A stretch of DNA of 64,000 bases from an uncultured Gemmatimonadales bacterium (GCA_963798085.1 CAWCRS010000003.1:384001-448000); one strand, 5' to 3'. Numbered from the stretch's first letter, positions 39,209-49,328 are shown. Notes: a model not told the origin generated them from the letters alone. Made by a program: numbers and translations.

Positions 39209-40516
39209 TCACGCGACGCAGTGGGGCGCGTGGTTCAGCCACGGTACCACATCGTCCTGTACCACATCATGCGCATCCAACGCCTCGAAGCAGCGGACAA
39301 CCCGGCATGTCTTTGCCATCTTGTTGATGCAGGTCAGGTTTCGACAAGGGCTCCAGGCGATGTGCACGAAGGACGGCGCCGACTGATTGGCCGGAAAAAA
39401 GCCGGCACGCGCCGAGGCGTACCCGTAAAAACGCGCGGGTGTCGCACCGAAGGCGGAGATCACAACGGTGCGATTGCGGAAGTCGTTTCGACTGCTGCGC
39501 GTCACCTTGCGTGCGGCGGCAATGTGCAGAGGACCGGTGTCGCCACTGAAAAAGCAGTCGGCCGCGTCAATGACTGCGGCATACGTGTCCAGCGCTACCG
39601 TTGCAGGCAGGATCCGCACCCTGGCGCGCTCCGCCGTCGTGAGGCTTTCGAGCAGTCGTTGCTCAATGCCCGGCTGCGCGTGTCCCGCACCCAGCACGAT
39701 GGTGAGCGGCAGCGCCGCGAGCTCGCGCAGCAGCGTCGCCTGCAATTCCAGGGGCATGCGCGTGTACGGCGACAATGTGTCGGGGTTGAAGAGCACGAAC
39801 GGATCGCCCGGTGTCAGGCCGGCGCCGCCGAGGAATCGAGACGCGCGTTCCACCGCCGCCTCGGACAGCTGGATCGAGACGCCGGTGAAGGGGCAGCTGC
39901 GCACAGGCTCCAGCACTCTGGAGAAAAGGCGGTGGATCAGCTGGTGTGCCTGTACGACGACGTGATTCGCAATCCGCGGGTCCCGCTGGTTGCGGATGGC
40001 CGTGGCCGCGAGCGGTTTAATGTCGAGCACGGGCATGCCCCGAGGTACCACCGCATCGTTGCGGATGAGCGGGCAGAAATTGAACACCAGATCGTAGTTG
40101 CGACGCATGACCAGACTGCGTACGGCCTCGAAATCGTCATGCGTGGGCGCGGGCCCGCCATGGAGAACTGCGAACAACTCTGTTATCTCGGGGTTCCCGG
40201 CCACCAGATGGCGGGCCAACCGCGAGATCACGTAGTCAATGTCGGCGTGCGGCAGGAAATCACGCAGCCCGGCAATGCAGGCCTGCATCATGACCGCATC
40301 GCCAATGTTGAGGTCTGCGATCACGAGGATCCGGTCGAGACGCCGGACCGCCGCGATGCGGGCGCGCGCGGCACTGAGCAGGTGATCGACGACGACGCGG
40401 CTGCCGCCGGTCATGCCGAGCATGGTATCGAGCAGCCGCGCACCGCCGCGCGGAAACATCTCCGTCAGGCTGCTCGACAGATGAAACAATCTCTGGTATC
40501 GGGCGGGCTCAGCCGT
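39209..40516 (-). CDS. Glycosyltransferase family 9 (heptosyltransferase-like)
   Basis: NIGDAV and SGDTGPLHIAAA motifs, C-terminal Cys cluster; start inferred at an ACG after GGAGG (alternative ATG near 40460). Confidence 0.8.
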   Translation of the reverse strand, partial: TAEPARYQRLFHLSSSLTEMFPRGGARLLDTMLGMTGGSRVVVDHLLSAARARIAAVRRLDRILVIADLNIGDAVMMQACIAGLRDFLPHADIDYVISRLARHLVAGNPEITELFAVLHGGPAPTHDDFEAVRSLVMRRNYDLVFNFCPLIRNDAVVPRGMPVLDIKPLAATAIRNQRDPRIANHVVVQAHQLIHRLFSRVLEPVRSCPFTGVSIQLSEAAVERASRFLGGAGLTPGDPFVLFNPDTLSPYTRMPLELQATLLRELAALPLTIVLGAGHAQPGIEQRLLESLTTAERARVRILPATVALDTYAAVIDAADCFFSGDTGPLHIAAARKVTRSSRNDFRNRTVVISAFGATPARFYGYASARAGFFPANQSAPSFVHIAWSPCRNLTCINKMAKTCRVVRCFEALDAHDVVQDDVVPWLNHAPHCVA

Positions 40517-41420
40517 GAGAACCTCCGGTCGCAAGGTCGGAGCCGCGCGGAACGGACGCGTTCGTCCTGCTGCAGCCCGCACCGGCCGCAACCGCTGGCG
40601 ACCCGGCTGCAGACTGTGGACGCCTGCTCGCTCTGGCCGTTTCTCCCGCTGCGTGCGGCTGCACCGGCCCGGTCCCGGGCTGCCACGACTCGAGTGCAAG
40701 CGTAAGCAATGCGAACGGCAAACGCGAGCGGATCTTGAGCAGGACGCGCGTGGGATCCTCGGCGATCCACACTTCCGCGCGACGGCTGGCGCCGAAGATA
40801 CCATCATTGTTCACTACCGGCTGGATCACGATCGCATCGAACGTTCCAGCCGGTACCGTCACGCGCTCGCGTCGCAGGACCGTGACGGTTACGGGATTCT
40901 CCGCCCGCCTGAAATAGCGATCGAAACGGTACGTCTTCCCGGGCTCGAGCGGGATCGTGCGAATGAAGAACAGGAAGGACGCATCATCGAGCGGCTCGGA
41001 AACCGATAAGGCAGTGCTGTCCGCCGTCTCGTCGAACATGCTCGTGTCTCCCGGACAGAATGCCCACGCGTGATGCACGTGACTCGATCCTTCGTTCAGC
41101 GTCTGAACGAATCGGACCGAGCGCATGGCGTCCGGATCGAACGAACTCTCGAACGCATCGTTCACGTGAAAGAGCAGTGTGCCACCGCGGAACGCAACGG
41201 TGAAGTGGATCAGGGGGTCACTGTCCAGCGGTTTCATTCCGGTTACGGTCAGGGTGCCTGAACCCACATGCAAGACGCCGAACTTCATTGCGTAGGTCAG
41301 GTTTTCGCCGACCCTGAAGGGCAGCGGAGCCGACAGCTGCCGCGCGCTGAGCCCACCGGGCAGCAGCCCGGCCACCAAAGCAGCGGTCATTGTTCCCCGG
41401 TTGCGAACCCGGGCGTACAT
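40509..41420 (-). CDS. DUF3108 domain exported protein
   Basis: PFRVGENLTY, LFFIRTIPL, ERVTVPAGTF and EVWIAED motifs; start approximate. Confidence 0.75.
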   Translation of the reverse strand: MYARVRNRGTMTAALVAGLLPGGLSARQLSAPLPFRVGENLTYAMKFGVLHVGSGTLTVTGMKPLDSDPLIHFTVAFRGGTLLFHVNDAFESSFDPDAMRSVRFVQTLNEGSSHVHHAWAFCPGDTSMFDETADSTALSVSEPLDDASFLFFIRTIPLEPGKTYRFDRYFRRAENPVTVTVLRRERVTVPAGTFDAIVIQPVVNNDGIFGASRRAEVWIAEDPTRVLLKIRSRLPFALLTLALESWQPGTGPVQPHAAGETARASRRPQSAAGSPAVAAGAGCSRTNASVPRGSDLATGGSHG

Positions 41421-42024
41421 GCTGCCCCGCCCGCCCGCCAGCGAGGCCAGGGGGCGGCCTGCCCGCGCTTTCGGGACTCGTACGCGCCTCTCGCGACGCA
41501 TTGCCTCTGTCATGATGATTTGCCTGCCCGCCGACGACACCGGCCGGAATGAACTGCAGATCGAGATCGTCCGAAGGCGGTCTCCTGCAGACGACGATCG
41601 AGCCGGCACGCGATCATCGCCTGCGCCGGTCCTACGTTGTGCTTCACGGGAATGTTCCGGTTCTGCCCTGTCACGCATCCGTCATGTGCAGCATGACACG
41701 AACGTGACGCATAGGTATAACATGGTATTACAGACTGCGCGGCGACGCGAGCAGTGTTGCCGATTGCCCAGTGAAACACACGGCTGGTTGTGCGTCGAAC
41801 CGGCGTTGACGCGGACACGATCCAGGCGCGCGCGGAGCAACGCTGCGTGCCTGCCGGGTGCGACGACTTGTGCGTAACGTTGTCCGGCACTGGAGTCGGC
41901 GAGGCCCTGTTGCACCCGACCCTGCGGGCCGCGCGACCGGCGAGCCGATACTGTCAACGGAGAAGCCCGCTACCGCACGAACCACTCGTTGAAGACACGA
42001 GCAATGTCAGCGAACCCGGCCAGC

Positions 42025-42465
42025 ATGGATCCCGTCGAGTTTGTACGCGCGGACGCCCGTCTGCGACGCAACGCGATTGGCCTTGCCTTCTGCGGCGTGG
42101 TTGTCGGAGCGCTGACGATCGGGTGGGTTCTGCCCTGGTTCCTGCGGGTGGTGCAGGAGAAGGCATTGCGTGCCGGCGGGTTCGACCGGCGCATCGTGTG
42201 CATGAGCTTCCTGGTGGTGGTGTCGTTGGTGGCGGCAAGTGTGGCTGGCCTTGGTGTGAGCGCCGTGCGTCAGGGGCGGCGCGTCTGTGCGGCGGACCGT
42301 TATCCGCTGGCCGGCATGAAGGTGCTGCGGGATACGCGTGTGCTCCGCGGACGCGCCGCGCAGATCACGGGCCGCGGGCAGATGCTGATCGGCGGCACGC
42401 TCGTGGGTCTCGCGCTGTTGCTGCTCGCCGTCTCCATCTACGGTGCTCTTCTGCTTCTGCATTGA
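42025..42465 (+). CDS. Hypothetical membrane protein with 3 TM segments
   Basis: Three hydrophobic segments and a RYPLAGMKVLRDT loop. Confidence 0.6.
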   Translation: MDPVEFVRADARLRRNAIGLAFCGVVVGALTIGWVLPWFLRVVQEKALRAGGFDRRIVCMSFLVVVSLVAASVAGLGVSAVRQGRRVCAADRYPLAGMKVLRDTRVLRGRAAQITGRGQMLIGGTLVGLALLLLAVSIYGALLLLH

Positions 42466-42933
42466 AGCGCGCCGCCAACGCCTTTCGCCCGACTCTGACC
42501 CTCCGGTCCGGCGCACATCGGGCATGGCCGTTCCTCCCGCCTGACGCGGTTCGGTTCGATCCGACGTCCGCCGCGCTGCGGTGCGGAGCCGAAACGGACG
42601 CTCTTCCGCATCGTCGCCAGCTGTAAGAGTCTGTTTTGGCGTGGGATGGCGTGATACCTTGATACGGCTTCGCGCCAAGCGCTGCGCCGCGTTCATGAGC
42701 CCTGCCGCCGGGGCCATGCCCGGACCGACCTTTCCGCACGTCGCGTGACGATGGGCGCCTTCTTCGATCTGCCGGGACAGTTCCGGGTCCCATCATCATC
42801 GGGCTGAGCGGTCTGGCGCCAATCGGCGCTGTCGCGCGCATTGCGCGTCGCGGCTGCACCTGAACGCAATGCCGGGAGGCATGCGCCTGTGCGCGAGCCT
42901 GCCCGTTTCTCGCCTTCGTGATGCGGAGGTTTC

Positions 42934-45900
42934 ATGGCCAGCAGGAAGCAGACTACGAAGCGTGCTGTGAAGCGGGGTCGCAAGAGTGCAGCGAAGTCGT
43001 CGGCCGCGCGAGTGAAGGCCGCTTCGACGACGCAGCCGGATCGTTCGGCGCACGCACTGCAGGATGCTGCAGTGGAGGCGGCGCTGGCGACGGGCGAGCT
43101 GAGCGGGCCGCTCGAAGATTATTTCGGTGCGGCGAACTACGCGGAGCTGCGGCAGCTGGCGAGGGAAGCATCGACGCGCGCGGCGGTGCGGGGTGGTCCC
43201 CGCGTACTGATCCTTCCGGGCATCATGGGCTCGAAGATCGGCACGCAGGGTCCATTGATCTTCGATCATGTCTTCTGGGTCGACCCCATCAGCATTGCGG
43301 CGGGCAAGCTGGCGGACCTGGCGCTGCCGGGCAGCAGGAAATTCGAGCCGCTGGGTGTCATTCTGCTGGCCTACCTCAAGCTGAAGCTGCGACTCGTCGC
43401 TGCCGGCTATAACGCGGAGTTCTACCCGTTCGACTGGCGCCAGAGTGTGGACGATCTGGGGCGTGGCCTGAAGCAGCGCATCGAGCAGACGCCGGGGGAG
43501 TTGTCACTGGTGGCGCACAGCATGGGCGGGCTGGTGTCGCGCGCCGCCGTCGCGCAGGGCGCGAAGGTCAAGCGATTGATCATGCTGGGCACGCCCAACT
43601 TCGGCTCGTTCGCACCCGTAATGGCCATCCGCGCGACGTATGATGTGGTGCGCAAGGTGGGCTGGCTGGACACGAAGCACACGGCCGAGCAGCTGAGTCG
43701 CGATGTGTTCGGCACGTTTCCCGGGCTCGTGCAGATGCTGCCTTCGCCCGACCACTGGGACGGCCTGAACCTGTACGACCGCGCGACGTGGCCGGGTGAC
43801 CTGGCGCCGCACGCCGATATTCTGGCCGCCGCGCCCGGCGTGCAGAAGTCGCTGTCGCCGGGCCGCGACAACTTCTACCTGATCGCCGGCGTGGAGAAGT
43901 CCACGGCGGTGAGCACGCGGCTGGAGACTGACAACGGCGTCACGCAATTCGTGTACGACTACTCGCTCGAGGGTGACGGCACGGTACCCCTTGCCTTCGC
44001 GAAGCTGCCCGGCATTGCAAAGACGTACTACGTGGTCGAATCGCACGGCAGCCTGCCCAACAACGGCACGGTCGAGCAGGCCGTGCTGGACCTGCTGGAG
44101 AAGGACAGCACGAGTGTGCTGCCGGAGAGCTGGACGCCGCCGCAGCAGCGCGGCGCGGCGACGCGCCGGGAATCGGAGCTGCGCACGGAGCCGTTCGGCG
44201 GGCGGCGCGCCGGTCTGCTGAGCCAGTCGGAGGTGCGCCACCTGCTGGATGAGGTGGCCTCGCCGGACGCCGCGGAAACGGGCGAGGCGACAGGCGCGGC
44301 CACGGCCGCCGCGCCTGCGGCAGCGCCTCTAACGCCCGGTTATCAGCACGCCTTCGACCACGTGGTCGTGGGCCGGCGCACGCAGCATCGCATTGACCTG
44401 CGCTTCGCACAGGGCAGCATCACGGAGGCGAACACGCGTGCCATTCTGCTGGGCGTGTTCAGCGATGTCACGCCGTCGGGTGCGGCGAGGGCGCTGGACG
44501 AGCGCCTGGACGGCGCCATTACGGATCTGTTCCGCCGGCGCATGTTCGAGGCGAGGGTGGGTGAGGTGTTCGTGCTGCCCAAGGGCCGGCACCTGCTGGC
44601 GGCGGACTTCGTCACGTTCGTGGGACTGGGAAGTTTCGACCGCTTCGGCGACCAGTCGCTGCAGACGGCGGCCGAGAATGTGATCCGCATGCTGATCGCC
44701 GCCCGCATCGAGGAGTTCGCGACCGTGCTGTTCGGCGGCGGCTCGGGCGAGAGCCCGGCAGGCGCGCTGCAGAACCTGCTGACGGGATTCTTCCGCGGGT
44801 TGCGTGATGCGGATCACGATCAGGATTTCCGGCGCATCGTCATCTGCGAACAGGACCCGGCGCGCTACATCGCGCTCAAGTCGGAGCTGTTCCGTCTGTC
44901 CAGCACGGCGCTGTGCCAGGATGTGGAGATCACGTTCGAGGAGAAGCCACTGCCCGAGCCGCCGATCCTGACGGCGACCGAGACGCGCGGCGTCTCGCGC
45001 CTGGATCCGGTCTACCTGATCGTGCGCCAGGAGCAGAATGTGGCTGGCGACACGCACATCCGCTCCTCACTGCTGACTGCGGGCGCCAAGGCGACGATCA
45101 TCTCCGGCGTCCTCACCAATCCGGCCAGCGATCTGGAAACGCTGCGCCGCCAGATCGCCGAGGTGGATTCGACGAATTTCGAAAAAGCGGGGCCACAGCT
45201 GGCGCAGGCGGTGCTTTCCGAGCAGATCGTGCAGGTACTGCCCCGCTACCGCGACCATCACCTGGTCGTGGTGCACGACGCGGCCATGTCGCGTGTTCCG
45301 TGGGAAGTCATGGGACTGCGGTCGGGCGATGGTGACGCGGGTGGCGTGTGGTTCCCGGCTCTCGAGAAGGGCCTGACACACCGTTATGCCGCGGACAATC
45401 TCTCGGTTGCGAAGTGGCTGGAAGAGCGCGTGCAGGATGACAAGCTGAACATCCTGGTCGTGATCAATCCCACTGAGGACCCGGGCCTGGCGGCGGCCGA
45501 CATCGAAGGTGACCGCGTCGCAAAGCTGTTCGCGGGCCGTACCGACGGCGTGGTGCAGGTGTTGAAGGGCGCGGCGGCCACGCACCGCGCACTGCTGGCC
45601 GCATTCAGCTCGGGCAGGTACGATGTGATTCATTATGCGGGCCACGCCTTCTTCGACCCGCAGAATCCCGAGCGCAGCGGCATTCTCGCCCATCGCGAAG
45701 AGCCGCTGACCGGCGCGCAGCTGGCCGGGCTCAACAACCTGCCCACGCTGGTATTCTTCAATGCCTGCGAATCGGCGCGGGTGCGCGGCGTGCGCGGTGG
45801 CCCGAAGCTGAAGTTCAAGGCGCCCGCCTCGAAGCAGGAACACGCCGAGCGCGCGGTGGGCTTCGCCGAGGCGTTCATGCGCGGCGGCATTGCCAATTTC

Positions 45901-46122
45901 CTGGGCACGTACTGGCCCGTGCACGATGCGTCCGCCGGTGATTTCGCAGAGACGTTCTACGGCGAGCTGGTGCAGGGCAGCACGCTGAGCGACGCCCTGC
46001 TCGCGGGCCGCCGCCGTGTGCACGAGTTGACGGTGAACGAGGGTCAGAAGGACTGGGCCGATTACGTCTTCTATGGCAGTCCCGACTTCAGTCTGAAGCA
46101 ACCGCCGCCGGCGGGCGGCTGA
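42934..46122 (+). CDS. Multidomain protein: LCAT-like alpha/beta lipase + macro/M17-N-like domain + CHAT caspase-like protease
   Basis: Lipase motifs PGIMGS, FDWR, AHSMGG, GTPNFGS and GDGTVP; middle segment GSITE...GAARALDERLDGAI; CHAT dyad HYAGH and FFNAC, plus GTYWPV and DWADY. Confidence 0.85.
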   Translation: MASRKQTTKRAVKRGRKSAAKSSAARVKAASTTQPDRSAHALQDAAVEAALATGELSGPLEDYFGAANYAELRQLAREASTRAAVRGGPRVLILPGIMGSKIGTQGPLIFDHVFWVDPISIAAGKLADLALPGSRKFEPLGVILLAYLKLKLRLVAAGYNAEFYPFDWRQSVDDLGRGLKQRIEQTPGELSLVAHSMGGLVSRAAVAQGAKVKRLIMLGTPNFGSFAPVMAIRATYDVVRKVGWLDTKHTAEQLSRDVFGTFPGLVQMLPSPDHWDGLNLYDRATWPGDLAPHADILAAAPGVQKSLSPGRDNFYLIAGVEKSTAVSTRLETDNGVTQFVYDYSLEGDGTVPLAFAKLPGIAKTYYVVESHGSLPNNGTVEQAVLDLLEKDSTSVLPESWTPPQQRGAATRRESELRTEPFGGRRAGLLSQSEVRHLLDEVASPDAAETGEATGAATAAAPAAAPLTPGYQHAFDHVVVGRRTQHRIDLRFAQGSITEANTRAILLGVFSDVTPSGAARALDERLDGAITDLFRRRMFEARVGEVFVLPKGRHLLAADFVTFVGLGSFDRFGDQSLQTAAENVIRMLIAARIEEFATVLFGGGSGESPAGALQNLLTGFFRGLRDADHDQDFRRIVICEQDPARYIALKSELFRLSSTALCQDVEITFEEKPLPEPPILTATETRGVSRLDPVYLIVRQEQNVAGDTHIRSSLLTAGAKATIISGVLTNPASDLETLRRQIAEVDSTNFEKAGPQLAQAVLSEQIVQVLPRYRDHHLVVVHDAAMSRVPWEVMGLRSGDGDAGGVWFPALEKGLTHRYAADNLSVAKWLEERVQDDKLNILVVINPTEDPGLAAADIEGDRVAKLFAGRTDGVVQVLKGAAATHRALLAAFSSGRYDVIHYAGHAFFDPQNPERSGILAHREEPLTGAQLAGLNNLPTLVFFNACESARVRGVRGGPKLKFKAPASKQEHAERAVGFAEAFMRGGIANFLGTYWPVHDASAGDFAETFYGELVQGSTLSDALLAGRRRVHELTVNEGQKDWADYVFYGSPDFSLKQPPPAGG

Positions 46123-46165
46123 CCGGGCTGACTCGTACTGACGCGAATCCGGATGGAGGAGAGCG

Positions 46166-47573
46166 ATGCCTGACCAGACATGTTTCGTGATTCAGGGCTT
46201 CAACAAGAAGCAGGACTATCCGACGGGCCGGACGCTGGACCTGGACGCGTCGTACGCGGTGATCAAGGAAGCCGTCGAGTCCATGGGTCTGAACTGCGTT
46301 CGTGCGGATGAGATCAAACACTCCGGCACGATCAATGAACCGATGTTCCAGCAGATCCTGGATGCCGACATCGTGATCGCGGATCTGTCGACGTACAACG
46401 TGAACGCGGCCTACGAGCTGGGCGTGCGCCACGCACTGCGCCCGTATACGACGATCATTGTGGCCGAGAATCAGATGAAATACCCGTTCGACTTCAGCCA
46501 CATCGCCATTCAGTCGTACGAGCATTCTGGGTTCGGATATCGGACGGCGCGAGGCCGCGCGCTTCCAGGACGTGCTGCGCGGCCTGATTGCCGCGCTGCT
46601 GCAGAAGAGCAACACGGACAGTCCGGTCTACACCTTCATCCCCGCACTGACGCCGCCGGCCCGTCCCGCACCACCACCACCGCCACCGCCGCCACCCGCG
46701 CCCCCGGCCGCTCCCGCGACACGCGGCGCCTCGCCGGCGCCAGCCGCTGCGCAGCCTCAGGCGGCGGGCGCAGCCGCCGGCACGGCCGCAGCCGCAGGTG
46801 AGAGCATCAAGTCGCGCACCGACCGGGCAAGAGACGCACTGCGCCGCAGCGACTTCGTGACCGCACGCGCGGAGCTGCTGTCGCTGCAGAACGATCTGAA
46901 ACAGTCAGGCACTCCGGACGCCTCGATCACACAGATGCTGGCGCTGGCTACCTACAAGGGCGGCAAGCCCACCGTGGATGCAGCACTGGGTGAAGCACGC
47001 GGTTATCTCGCGGAGCTGGATCCCGCCAATTCGCATGACACGGAGACGCTGGGACTGTGGGGCGCCATCCACAAGCGGATCTGGGACCGGAGCAGGGATC
47101 CGGCGGCTCTCAATGAGGCCATCCGCGGTTACGAGCGCGGATTCCAGCTGCGACAGGATTACTACAATGGCATTAACTACGCGTTTCTGCTCAATGTGCG
47201 CGCGCACGAGCTGACCGGGACGAAGCTGCCCGAGGCCGTGACCGACTGGGTGATCGCGGAGCGGGTGCGCCAGCAGGTGCTCGAGATCTGCGCCACGGAG
47301 CTGCAGAAGATCCCGGCTGTAGACGTCACTGCCGATGACGCGGCGTCGAAGGAGCTGATCGACCGCAAGTACTGGATCCTTGCGACACTGCAGGAAGCGG
47401 CCGCAGGTCTGGGCGACGACGCTGCCATGGACCAGTGGAAGCAGCAGGCGGCCGCGCTCAATCCTGCGGGCTGGATGCTGGAATCGACGATCAGTCAGAT
47501 CATGCGCCTGCAGCAGCTGCTGGCCGATCCGCCCACGCGCGCGCTGGGCGCCGCCGCCGGCGCCGGTACCTGA
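46166..47573 (+). CDS. Nucleoside deoxyribosyltransferase-like domain + Pro-rich linker + TPR (DUF4071/MAP3K TRAF-binding-like); +1 frameshift near 46525
   Basis: CFVIQGF, RADE and ADLSTYNVNAAYELGVRHAL; removing one T gives YEHLGSDIG; ETLGLWGAIHKR, YYNGINYA, YWILAT and WMLEST in the helical part. Confidence 0.82.
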
Positions 47574-47668
47574 AGACGCGGCGATCTGCGTCGAGCCATG
47601 TGCATGAGGACTGCATGCAACAGGCGGGTGCGAAACCGCCGATCCGGCCGGCCTGACGCTCTGTCAGG

Positions 47669-48286
47669 GTGAGCTACGATCTGAGTCTGACGCGCGGCAA
47701 TTACGCCTGGGAGAACGCCGGCGTCGAGATCGCGCCCTTCGAGCTGCGCGAGCTGATGGCCGGCGATCGCTCGTTGCGTGGCGAGCTGATCGATGGCGAA
47801 CTGGTCGGCTTGCGCTGGGGCGGCCATCCGGATGGCGACACGGTCGTGTTCCGCCTGGCCGACGGCAATCTCGTTGCCAGCGATCCCGACCGCCCCACGG
47901 TCAGCAAGCTGGTCGACATGGCCACGCGGCTGCGCGGGCGCGTGCTGGGCGATGACGGCGAGCGCTACGCCCGCGATGGCAGCTGGACGCACCCTGCGGC
48001 CGGCGCCGGCCGCGTCGGTGGTGCGACGCAGGACCGCCGCCAGTTCTTCCGCGGCCTGTTCGACATGGCGCGCCAATCCGTGCGCGCCACCCCAGCCCGC
48101 CCGAATGCCCCCTTCCACAAAGGCGATCGCGTTCGCGATACCGCGGGCAATGTGGCAACCGTTCTCGGCATCGAGTACGTCAACGGCGGCGGCCTCAATG
48201 TGCTGGTCACGCGCTTCCCGGATGGGAGGCTGGTGAAGAGGGCGCTGAGGACGACGCAGGACCTGGTGAGGGAGGCGCAGGCGTGA
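47669..48286 (+). CDS. Hypothetical protein
   Basis: GC3-biased ORF; N-terminal SYDLSLTR and ATRLRGRVLGDDGERY; C-terminal FHKGDRVRD SH3/KOW-like segment. Confidence 0.6.
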   Translation: MSYDLSLTRGNYAWENAGVEIAPFELRELMAGDRSLRGELIDGELVGLRWGGHPDGDTVVFRLADGNLVASDPDRPTVSKLVDMATRLRGRVLGDDGERYARDGSWTHPAAGAGRVGGATQDRRQFFRGLFDMARQSVRATPARPNAPFHKGDRVRDTAGNVATVLGIEYVNGGGLNVLVTRFPDGRLVKRALRTTQDLVREAQA

Positions 48287-48332
48287 ACCGCGTCACGAGG
48301 ACCATGATCGGTACGCCACGTCTTCTGGTAGC

Positions 48333-48815
48333 TCCACGCAAACGGATCGTTATCACACAGGGGACACGGGGGGATCTGAGGGGCGCTGGTCGGGAGCGGG
48401 ACAAGCCCATGGCCTTTTTGTCGTTCCAGGCAAACGGATCGTTATCACACAGGGGACACGGGGGGGGTTAGGGGCGCTGGTCGGGAGCGGGACAAGCCCA
48501 TGGCCTTTTGTCGTTCCACGCAAACGGATCGTTATCACACAGGGGACACGGGGGGATGCGAGGGGCGCTGGCTGGCACCTGGACCAACCCGGTCGTGGGG
48601 GAGGCCGGTGCTTGGAGGATCTGATTGACGGATTACGAAAACATCACGTGCACCCGATCAGGGCCGGTCACCCGTAGATCCTGATTTGTGCAATATCTGT
48701 TGAAACAGATTCCGCGGTCCTCTCCTGTCACGCCCGACTGCGTGAACCGCGCCCCTCAGTAGCCTCAGTTCCCCCGTGTTATCCTCTGTGTGAAAACAAT
48801 CTGTTTGCCTGGAAC
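48333..48815. repeat. Repeat family C: about 2.6 tandem units of 90-92 bp plus an inverted copy, flanking an AT-richer core
   Basis: TCCA(C/G)GCAAACGGATCGTTATCACACAGGGGACACGGGGGG at 48333/48425/48515; reverse-complement variant at 48749-48815. Confidence 0.88.
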
Positions 48816-49328
48816 TCCCTGCACGCCGACCGGAGCCGCCCGCTCACCGTGACCTCGCACCACAGCCCCACCCCTCCGCAGCCGTCGCTCCGGCAGCCCG
48901 AGGAGGAAGATGCTGAAGGCGCAGCCGGCGCAGGTCACGCACCAGGGGCAGAAGGCGTGGATGAAGAAGACTTCGACGCTGGTGTTGTAAGTGGCGAAGG
49001 CGGCGGCGCAGCAGCCGAGTGCGAACAGCGTTGTAGACACGCCGCGGTCTTCGAAAAAGCGCGGGCGGGTGCCGGCGAGTGCGGTGGACAGGAGCGCCGT
49101 GTACGCAACCACACCAATGTAGACAACGGGGATGCCCGCCAGCTTCGACCACTCCGAGAGCTGCACCGTTTCGCAGCCTTTGCCGGCGACGCCGCAGAGG
49201 AGTGTGCCCAGTATGCCAAGGCGGTACAGCGACAGATAAATGGCAATCATCAGTCCGACCAGCGCCAGCAGGGCAATGCCCATGCGCCGGTAGATGGTGG
49301 CTGCGGATACAGTGGCGCCTTCATTCAT
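48765..49328 (-). CDS. Vitamin K epoxide reductase (VKOR) family protein
   Basis: C-x6-C loop, V-x-x-S-x-WS, GIP and FCPWC redox motif. Confidence 0.88.
   Translation of the reverse strand: MNEGATVSAATIYRRMGIALLALVGLMIAIYLSLYRLGILGTLLCGVAGKGCETVQLSEWSKLAGIPVVYIGVVAYTALLSTALAGTRPRFFEDRGVSTTLFALGCCAAAFATYNTSVEVFFIHAFCPWCVTCAGCAFSIFLLGLPERRLRRGGAVVRGHGERAAPVGVQGVPGKQIVFTQRITRGN

Noticed and set aside
48333..48571. CRISPR array with 90-bp period
   Set aside because: Whole units are near-identical, so this is a tandem repeat.
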